A stretch of 64,000 nt of DNA from Macrostomum lignano (lineage: Eukaryota). The notes beneath the pieces are model-generated. The model did not search any database. It had not been told where the DNA came from and worked only from the letters and a program-made list of their open reading frames with translations. Positions within the stretch are counted from its first letter, which is position 1. Each line of letters begins with the position of its first letter. Location of the stretch: assembly GCA_002269645.1 (NCBI GenBank), contig NIVC01002295.1:62001-126000 (forward strand), given 5' to 3'. Below are positions 55,761 through 64,000 of this stretch, piece by piece. Position numbers and translations under genes: made by a program.

Positions 55761-57737
55761 TCTTGCGGACTAAAAGTCCTCTAGTATAACTAATTCTCCT
55801 GAGCTATGCATTTAAACAAAAAATAAGTCAAATCCTGAAATTCCCCTCAACATACAAGCTAAAGACAAGCTCCGCCCACGAAGAAGGCTGATCAAAAAGA
55901 GAACCCGTCTTCTAATCGCCAACCCGCTCTCGACCCGAATCTCGACTGGCATCGCCTAAGTCCTCCCCCCTTCCCATGCAGATCCCGCAGTTCGTTTACC
56001 GCCGCGCGGTGGGGAAGTTATTGGTTGTTCAGCCAACCCGCCTGGCCTAGCCAGTTTAGGGAAATCAGAAAATTGGAGAGAGAGTTTCTTTCGTCCCATT
56101 TTCAGCCGCAAGTCCCGCATATGCGTGCCATGGGGGGAGGGTAGCTGGCACCACATGTTCGTATGCCCCGGCGCAACAGGCTTGGGATTTGGCATCGCCC
56201 ACCTAAGGGGCCCTGGGACGGTCTCCGGCTAAACCAGCTTCCATCTATCCTTCTATACTTTCATCTCCCATATCAGTCGGAACAACTGCAGGGGGATCTA
56301 CGAAGCCATTCGACTGAAAAGTTTCAGTCTCCCCTACATCGCTATTCGCTCTGTGTCTCTCTGGCTCCCACTGGGTCTCCGCCCACCCCACCATTCCTCT
56401 ATACCAATTATACCTTTCCTGGCATGGCCATGGCCAACGGCCCCGCCCTATCTTATAGGCTGCAGAATTTTTCCAAGCGTTGCGGGGCACAGACGGAACC
56501 TAACCCTGGACCTAACACCGACAACACTCAACCAAGAGGATAGAAGTCGCATATCCGAACCCGTAGATTACAATCTTCATTATACTCTTATAACTAACGT
56601 ACACAACTCGTTTCAACTGTTATATTTCTTATCCTTAATAATAACGCTAAAAATCCTTAGGCTTCGTCTAGTCTCAGGTCTTGCCGAGAAGGGAGTTAGA
56701 AGCTACTATACTCGTACAACATGGACGGGCCCAGCACTTGGGCTGAGGTGAGTAACCTACCTCCCACTGTTGTTTTTGTGTATGTAGAAATTTATAAAAT
56801 CAGGAGACAATTCCAGACAGATCCTATCCTATCAATATCTAGGTGGCCATTTTTGAGCATATTTTCCTAGTAAAAAACTGATTCCCTACTTTCAGTTCAG
56901 TAGTAAGAAATAATGCGTTAGCTATTTTCAAAAAGAAAGGCAGTTGGAATGACTACTTATTAGACGTAAACAGCTTGTTATTAGTGCAGACGTAATGTAC
57001 ACTAGCCAGCGCCACTTAAATGTACATGGTAGCTTTAGGCGGGAACATCGAGGAAGGCAATAGAAATGGTGGAAAAACAAACATGGTCGGAGGCTTAAGA
57101 AGGCTTAAGCCAGAGAATTGGTATGTCTTAAAATACTTTAAACAGCTTCGATCTACTCAAATTTCAACTGAGCTGAAAGTAGCTTGCGCAAATGTGCAAA
57201 GCTATTTGACTTAGTTAGCTGGACTTAGAATTAACTGAAACTATTAAATGGTGTAATTAATTCTTTAATTCCTGGCATAGCCTAGCCATTAGTCTAGACT
57301 GTCATTTAATTTTTATTTAATTGGTCAGGCCATTAAATAGTTTTTATTGCAAATGAGGTAGACCAAAGCTGATTAGCTACTAGGCAGAGAGGGGTCACAA
57401 TGTACAGTGGCTAGTCCGTATAGAGAGTACAAATCAAGCTGTGCCATGCCTAAAATTAACTATTCAAATTAGGGGGTTGGGTAGTTCGGGCGCAGATAAG
57501 AAAGGAGGGGGAAAGAGCCAAGATCGACGAGCCAATCAGAAACCTGCTAGAGGGAAGGGAGAGAGATACGCTCGTATAAAACCAGATTGAACTTGATAGA
57601 CACAGAGAAAGCACAGAGATGAACTGAAGAGATGAGTCAAATGACAAAGAAAGTCGCGAAAAAGTACTATTATTCAATATTTTTAAGCGTACTGAAAATA
57701 ACGCATAGGCCAAGCCAATCCACTGTTTTCTGTCTGC

Positions 57738-59471
57738 CAGTGGCGCGTCCAAGGGGGGGGGGGGGCTGGGCCCAGCCCCCCCCCCCCCAATTAGGCCACG
57801 GCCCTGTGGCCCCCCACTTTCAGTTTTTTCACTTTGGATTTTCCAAAAAAATAGTTTTAAAAACCCTTTTTTTCTTTTTTACAATTTTAATTTTAGAAAC
57901 AATACTTTATATACGAGCACTTGTAAGCTGTTGAAACCTGCGGATCTTGAACCGTGGAATTCAAATTCATTCTCCGGAATTATTTTCGCACGTATTATAA
58001 AATTTGAAGTCATACTCAAACAAAAACTTGTTAATAGTTAGGATGGAGATGAACATAAAATGGAGTAAATTCGTGTAAAATTAAGATTTGAGGCAAGCAT
58101 TGATCTCGTTGGCTGGAGTGCAGTGCAGAATATCAGGCAATGTCGATCTGAAACATGTATTGGAAAAGTCAGGAAAACTCTAATCTCTGCCTCTGCCTCT
58201 CTCTACATGTACATCCCTCGGATCCTTTGAAACTTCTATCTTCGCTTCTGTTTCCTCTCTTCTCTTTCATCTTTCGTCTCTCCTGTCATCTCTTCTTTCC
58301 TCTTTCCTCTCTCCTCTATCCCTCTTCTTTTGTCTCTTCCCCTACCTCTCTTCTCTCACGTCTTTTCTTCCATCCCTCCTTTCTCTTCTTTCATCTCTGC
58401 TCTCTTATCTCTTCACATTTCTCTTTTTTCTCGCCTCTCTCTTCTCTCATCTCATCTCTTCCCTGTTCGTTCCTCTCTCCTCTCTCCTCACTATTTTCTC
58501 TCTGCTCTCCTCTCTCCTCTCTCCCCTCTACTCTCGTCTCTTCCCTTTCCTCTCTTTTCTCTCTTCTCTTCTCTCTCGTCTCTCATTTTTCTTCTTTTAT
58601 CTCTGCTTGCTCTCTTATCTCTTCTCATTTCTATCTGCTCTCTACTCTCTCCTCTCTCCCCTCTTCTCACTCCTCACTCTCCCCTCTCTAAAATCTTCCC
58701 TCCTCTTCTCTCTCTCCTATCTTCTTTCTACTTCTCTGCTCTCATTTCTCATCTCTCCTATCATCTCTATTCTCTCACCTCTCTTGTCTCGATCTTCTCT
58801 CCTATCTATCTCCTCTCTCCCTCATCTCTAATCTGTACTATCCTTTTTAACATCTCTCCTCTCTTCTCTCTGCTTGCTTATCTCCACCCTATAATCTCTC
58901 CTTTCTCCACTCTCATCTCTCTACTCTCTTCTATCTACTCTCTACTTTATCCTATCTACTCTCTCCTCTCTCATCTCATCTCTCTCATCTCTCATCTCTC
59001 CCTCTTCTCACCTCTACTCTCTCCTCCCATTTCTCCTTCCCTACTCTCTCCCCTTCTTCTCTGCCCTCTCCTCTCACTTCTCCTCTCCTCTCACAGTAAA
59101 AATATATACTGTGCAGAGATTAGCCAATAATTAAATGAACCAACATAGTTTTTTGATGAGAATCTGCCAGGAAAAGTAAATTATAAAGTTAAATGAATTT
59201 GTGTTTAGCTTTCTATTCAAAAATTTTCCAATTGCAAATCCTAAAAAGTGTTCTTAAGCAAAAAACATTTAGAATGTTAGTTAAATCAACTTAGCTATTG
59301 CATTCATTTTTTGCGAGATCTTTTTTGGATGTCATTTTTACTTTTGGGTAAAAATTAGCTTTTACAATAATTACGAGTAAAAAATTCAATTCAAGATGTT
59401 GGCATTGCCCCTTCAGTTTTTACTGGGCCCTAACTGCCCCCCCCATCCTGAAACCTCTGGACGCGCCCCTG
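57738..59471. mobile_element. Non-autonomous hAT-like element (~1.73 kb) with CT-rich low-complexity interior
   Basis: Termini CAGTGGCGCGTCCA (57738) and the reverse complement of CAGGGGCGCGTCCA (ending 59471) match 13/14. G/C-run subterminal motifs. No clean 8-bp TSD (left ctgtctgc, right ctgagtgtctgc). Confidence 0.6.
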
Positions 59472-60084
59472 CTGAGTGTCTGCATCTAACAAAGAATCGT
59501 TTGCAAATCTTCAACTTTATAAAGTTTGATTTTTTATGGTTTGCTTCATTTTTACAAAGCTAAGAACGAAACAAAAAATGGAAACATTTAGTCTTGTTTT
59601 TTTTCTGCCTTTGTGTTTTAATTTTTAAATTGGTTTGGAACAACATTAACACATTTAAACAAACAGTTTTCTACTGTGGCGATAGAATTTAATTTTTTTC
59701 AAATTTCATATCTAAGTACTAAGAGTCCTTACATTTTTGCAACGGTTAACAGCCTTAAAAAGTTTCGATCTGAAGGTACTGATTTTTATTTCCTAAATCT
59801 GTCAGTCAGCTAAAAGTTTGCATCTGGAGACGATGATTCAGCATGAATTATTTTCGTATCCAAGGGCGCAGCCGTCACACCCTGCCTTCGTCACGAATTG
59901 ATCCAGGCGCAAAAGCTTTGACCTTGGCGCATTCGAATCTTGACATCACATGCGACTGCGAGCTCTGGCAGTGCGTCACCGGCGAAATTTTTCGGTTGCT
60001 ATCTGGTTTCGATGGCATATGGTGATTGAAATTCCTGAAGCTATGCACGTGGGCAAACAACTACAAGCGTAGATATTTCTAGCC

Positions 60085-60640
60085 GGTTGCTATGGTACAC
60101 AACCGTGTAAACAAGTTGCCGGTTGCTATGATACACAACCCTGAAAACAAGTACCAGTTGCTATGGAACACAACCGAGTAAACAAGTGCCGGTTGCTATG
60201 GTAAACAACCGTGAAAACAAGTACCAGTTGCTATGGTACACAACCGTGTAAACAAGTTGCCGGTTGCTATGATACACAACCCTGAAAACAAGTACCAGTT
60301 GCTATGGAACACAACCGAGTAAACAAGTGCCGGTTGCTATGGTAAACAACCCTGAAAACAAGTACCATTTTCTATGGTACACAACCGTGAAAAAAGTACC
60401 GGTTGCTATGGTACACAACTGTCACGACTTTCCTAGTCATTTCTTAGTTCACCTTCACTTGTCTCTGTTTACTCTGTTTTCTCTCTCTCTCTGTCGTGAA
60501 GACAAGTACCGGTTGCTATGGTACACAACCGTGAAAACAAGTGCCGGTTGCTATTGCTATGGTAAACAATCCTGAAAACAAGTGCCGGTTGCTATGGTAC
60601 ACAACCGTGTAAACAAGTGCTATCCCGTTGCTATGCTGCC
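60085..60640. repeat. ~35-bp minisatellite upstream of the SAM exon
   Basis: ggttgctatggtacacaaccgtgaaaacaagtacc units. Confidence 0.9.
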
Positions 60641-60643
60641 AAG

Positions 60644-61328
60644 CATCCATGCACTTTCCCCATGAACCAGATCGACTCCATCCTGGCCTCAATCGATCCC
60701 AACCGAGCTTCCTGGATTTCCCAGCTGGAGGCGGCGGCGGCGGTGGCGGCGACAGGGTCGGCAGGCGACGGTCGCCTGCTGCTCGGCCTGGACGACTGGG
60801 CGGCGCTCAACCGGCTGGAAGAGGAAATCCTGGCGGGGCTGCTGGCGCACGGGTTCGACTGCGCCGGTTTCATTGTGAGTCCGAGATGCGCTGCAAATAC
60901 CCTCGTTGCTATGGGGCAGGCTGACAATGAAAAATATTCCTGAAACCCCGTTGCTATGCTGATTCAGGGCACCTGTTAAAGGGAATCCGTATCCAAGGGG
61001 AACCCCTTTGCTATGCTGATTCAGGGCACCTGTTAAAGGGAACCCGTATCCAAGGGAGTTGTAATGCTGATCAAGGGAACATTTTCAAGGGAATCCGTAT
61101 ATCCAACGGAAACCTCCGTTTTTATACTAGTGAAAAGCAGTGAGGCCGTATCCAGAGGAAATCCCCGTTGCTAAGCAGATAAGTTTTAAAAGTGCTCGCC
61201 CTCCTCTCTCCCTCTCCAGAACGGTGTCCTGAGCGACGCCGACCTGCAAGAGCTGGGCGTCCGGTCGGGCATGCAGCGGCGGCGGATCCTCGCCGCTGTC
61301 CAGGAGCTGCCCAATTGCGCTATGGAAG
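60644..61328 (+). CDS. ANKS1A/B-like SAM-domain protein, two exons (60644-60874, 61220-61328); gene continues beyond the window
   Basis: Spliced translation NQIDSILASID..DDWAALNRLEEEILAGLLAHGFDCAGFI|NGVLSDADLQELGVRSGMQRRRILAAVQELP. This resembles, from memory, the ANKS1 pre-SAM motif (EEIDKIMSSID) and first SAM domain (NGFD..F...V....DL.EIG....HR..IL.A...LP). Confidence 0.7.
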
Positions 61329-61927
61329 GTGAGCTGGGCTAAGACAGAGGGCAACAACAGGATGCGGGGATAATGATGAAGCGGAAGTTGATGATAGCCT
61401 CGGGTAGATAAAACGGCGCAGCCCCCTACTTTTCTTACCCTGTACGGAGCGGGGCCGCCAATGATTGACGCATCGGGCCTGGCGCATCTTTTTACAGCAT
61501 TTTTACAGCACCTCTACAGGCGCGTTTCGCCCAGCCATCCCCAGAAACCCCCCCCCCCTGTCTTTTTCCTCTCCTCTCGTATCGACGTTAACCTGCGGTT
61601 TTACAATCGCCCTCGTTTTTTGGGCTTCTTGCCGAGCTTCCCAGATGCAGGCAGGGATTCTGGACGATCCAATTAATCTTCAAGGCATATCCGTATGCAC
61701 CCAGAACTGCTGAAAGGGCTTGAAAGTTTTGAGCTCGTTACTGTCTGGCACCGTCTGGTTATATACTTGTAGGTGTAGCATAAAAGATGGACTTTTGTCA
61801 TGAAAAATGATATCTTCTGGTGATCTGAAATGACCTTCACTCGATTTTGAAATTTGGTCCGTGAATATAAATTCTTCAGATCGAATATGGTATTCCTGAG
61901 TTTGAAATTAACATATCTCTTATCAAA

Positions 61928-62055
61928 AGTGGCGTCTCTCAGATCAAAGTGGCGTCTCTCAGATCAAAGTGGCGTCGCTCAGATCAAAGTGGCGTCGCTC
62001 AGATCAAAGTGGCATCTCTCAGATCAAAGTGGCTTCTCTCAGATGAACGTGGCAT
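61928..62055. repeat. 20-bp tandem repeat immediately before the LTR
   Basis: agatcaaagtggcgtctctc, about 6 copies. Confidence 0.9.
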
Positions 62056-62064
62056 CTTTCATAC

Positions 62065-62273
62065 TGTAGGGTTGCGTTTGGTTTGGGCCGTAGGGGTGGG
62101 GGTGCTCTATTAGTATATGTACTTGCATCTCGCTTTCTTCTCTGTACATGCCCACCACCCCAGTTGGGTGAGTCACTTTAATCGATCTATCATCGCTGAC
62201 TATTTAATCGCTCGTAAATTATCGTGCATCAAAATATACTGCGTAAACTTACTCTAAATTCTCGGCTCTTACA
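62065..62273 (+). repeat. 5' LTR (209 bp)
   Basis: Begins TGTA and ends TACA, 1 nt before the PBS. The start is inferred from the inverted terminal tetramer; the 3' LTR is not in the window. Confidence 0.7.
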
Positions 62274-62274
62274 T

Positions 62275-62285
62275 TGGTGGCAGCG
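62275..62285 (+). promoter_or_regulatory. Primer-binding site, tRNA-Leu-like
   Basis: TGGTGGCAGCG immediately after the LTR end; complementary to the ..CGCTGCCACCA 3' end of eukaryotic tRNA-Leu. Confidence 0.75.
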
Positions 62286-62307
62286 AGAACCCAGTGCAAG
62301 TGCACTC

Positions 62308-63129
62308 ATGGCCCAGAACACCCTTCTACCGCCAAAGTTCAGTGGAACAGATGGCACTGACGTGAGAAAGTGGCTGCGCATCTTTGAGGAATTCGCCAAC
62401 GATGCGAAATGGGACGACGCGACCTCAGCGTCGAAGGTGAAGCTGCTGCTCACGGGAGAAGCCCAACTTGTCGTCTGGGACCTGGCCGAGACAAGACAAA
62501 AGAGTTTTAAAAGTATAAAGGAGGACCTCACAAAGTTTTATGGAGGCGAAGCCCACAGCTTTAAGGCCATGAGCGACTTCTACGCAAGGAAACGTGGAGA
62601 TGCCGAGACACTGCGTGAGCTCTGCTTTAACCTGAAGCTGCTACACCAGAAAGCCAGACCGGACGACTCAAGTGCTCAGCGAGACCGAGATGTGCGCTTC
62701 AAGCTTCTGCAGCTGCTCAAGGCCGACATTCGTGACAACCTGCTTAAGGCAGAGGACGCAGAGACCTGCAGCCTGGAGACTCTGCTGCAGCGGGCGGCTC
62801 GGCTGGAGGAGCTGGCTGGGCGACAGTCGGTGGCGGCAGTCGCAGCCGTCAGCGCTACATCATCGGCAGAACCAAGCGAGGACCGCCTGGACCGACTGGA
62901 GAAACGCATGGAGGAGCTCATCGCAAGGGTCAGCGTACAGTCGGGTACCGACACTCGGCGTCGCCGTCAACAGCGAGGAGGCGGCTGCTTCAACTGCGGC
63001 CAGCTCGGACACCGTGCAGCGCAATGTCAGCAGCGAGAGAAACAGCTGGGTCCGATCATCTGCCACAAGTGCTCTGGGCGGGGGCACAAGGCCTCTGTCT
63101 GCCCATCGAAGGCTCCGGGAAACTTTTAA
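62308..63129 (+). CDS. gag: Gag, 273 aa
   Basis: ATG at 62308. PPKFSG..DVRKWLRIFEEFA..WDD..KVKLLLTGEAQ capsid start; knuckles CFNCGQLGHRAAQC and CHKCSGRGHKASVC; ends PGNF*. Confidence 0.92.
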   Translation: MAQNTLLPPKFSGTDGTDVRKWLRIFEEFANDAKWDDATSASKVKLLLTGEAQLVVWDLAETRQKSFKSIKEDLTKFYGGEAHSFKAMSDFYARKRGDAETLRELCFNLKLLHQKARPDDSSAQRDRDVRFKLLQLLKADIRDNLLKAEDAETCSLETLLQRAARLEELAGRQSVAAVAAVSATSSAEPSEDRLDRLEKRMEELIARVSVQSGTDTRRRRQQRGGGCFNCGQLGHRAAQCQQREKQLGPIICHKCSGRGHKASVCPSKAPGNF

Positions 63130-63165
63130 GGGTTGGTGCAACGGGTGCGGGACCCACACCAACCC
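63117..63165 (+). promoter_or_regulatory. -1 programmed ribosomal frameshift signal
   Basis: Slippery heptamer G GGA AAC (63117-63123), 6-nt spacer, and a perfect 9-bp stem GGGTTGGTG (63130-63138) / CACCAACCC (63157-63165). Confidence 0.8.
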
Positions 63166-64000
63166 CAAGGAGCAATCCCGTGCTTCATGCTATTTTTATA
63201 CCTGGAGAGGCAAACGGCAAGCGGTGCCGCTGGCTGCTGGACACCGGAGCGCCGACCTCGCTGATCAGCGACGTTGCTTTGAGAGAGCTGGACGGTCGCT
63301 GCGAGCTGAAGCCGGCAGATGTCAGGCCTGTGTCCGTGGACGGCTCCGTTCTCGAGCTGTTAGGAAGCGTGAGCATTACGGTGCGACTCAGTCATCAGCT
63401 GCGCAGACAAATGGACGTGCTGGTGGTCAGAGGGATTCGCCCAAACTTCATCCTGGGGATGGATTTCGTGAGCAAGGCGGCCAGATCGCAGTTCAGCATC
63501 GACCAGGGTGCCAAGACAGTCGCATTCGATGGTGAGGCGGTTCCGTTCAGTGACTGCGATTCCAAGCAAGATGGCCCGCTGTCTTGTTGCTTGGTACCCA
63601 CAGTGATCATCGCCAGAGTTCAGGGCGCCGTCGTGGTACCGCCAAGGTCAGTTAAAGTGGTGGACGTGACGACCGAGACCAAGCAGGCACATGGCATCTT
63701 CGAGCCGTCACAGGAGTTCATCGATAGAATCGGAGTGCTGCCCGGCCGCGTGTTCGCGGTGTCTTCAGAGAGCGGCAAGATTCCGGTTCAGGTGTGCAAC
63801 CTCAGCTGCAGCCCGGTCACGCTGTTCTCCAACCAGAGCATCGGCACCTTCGAGAGCGCGGAGGTTATCAACGAGGACGAGGACGTGCACGAGTGGCGAG
63901 GCCCCGCAGACCAGTTCAACATCAATCCGGAGCTGCCGGAGGAGGACAGCAACCGTTTAGCAATGCTGCTGAGGGCATTTGCCGACGTGGTCTCAGTCCA
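63120..64000 (+). CDS. pol: Pol N-terminus (protease and linker) in the -1 frame, open to the window edge; absent from the supplied ORF track
   Basis: Manual translation KLLRVGATG..NGKRCRWLLDTGAPTSLIS..LLGSVSITV..PNFILGMDF..INPELPEEDSNRLAMLLRAFADV. Confidence 0.9.

Larger units (their letters stand above)
62065..64000 (+). mobile_element. Ty3/gypsy LTR retrotransposon, 5' part, apparently intact
   Basis: LTR, PBS, gag and -1-frame pol in sequence, with no lesions seen. Confidence 0.92.

Noticed and set aside
59843-60025. LRR C-terminal-cap-like exon (NLDITCDCELW)
   Set aside because: A single short motif with no LRR repeats nearby and no phase-compatible splice path to neighbouring exons.

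Overview
Eukaryotic (animal) genomic DNA with GC-rich exons and AT-rich or minisatellite-filled introns. The style suggests a macrostomid flatworm, but that is inference only. Left to right: (1) 1-~8600 (-): a Ty3/gypsy LTR retroelement with the unusual order gag - env-like class III fusion glycoprotein - protease - RT - RNase H, running off the left edge. Gag and the Env N-terminus share one ORF, and the rest is broken by single-base indels. (2) 8927-17542: a structurally complete CACTA/EnSpm DNA transposon (11-bp TIRs, TAT target duplication, 666-aa transposase, spliced accessory gene) carrying nested elements. (3) 18471-23143 (+): the 3' part of a thioester-containing protein gene (A2M/TEP family). 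(4) 30548-51616 (+): a 26-exon, ~2670-aa ankyrin-WGR-PARP gene (PME-5-like, H-Y-E triad intact) with a different tandem repeat in most introns. (5) 57738-59471: a hAT-like non-autonomous element. (6) 60644-61328 (+): two exons of an ANKS1-like SAM protein. (7) 62065-64000 (+): the 5' end of an apparently intact gypsy element with LTR, tRNA-Leu PBS and a -1 frameshift signal. The best novelty candidate is the Gag-Env-Pol retroelement. All family assignments come from motif recognition by eye; no searches were run.
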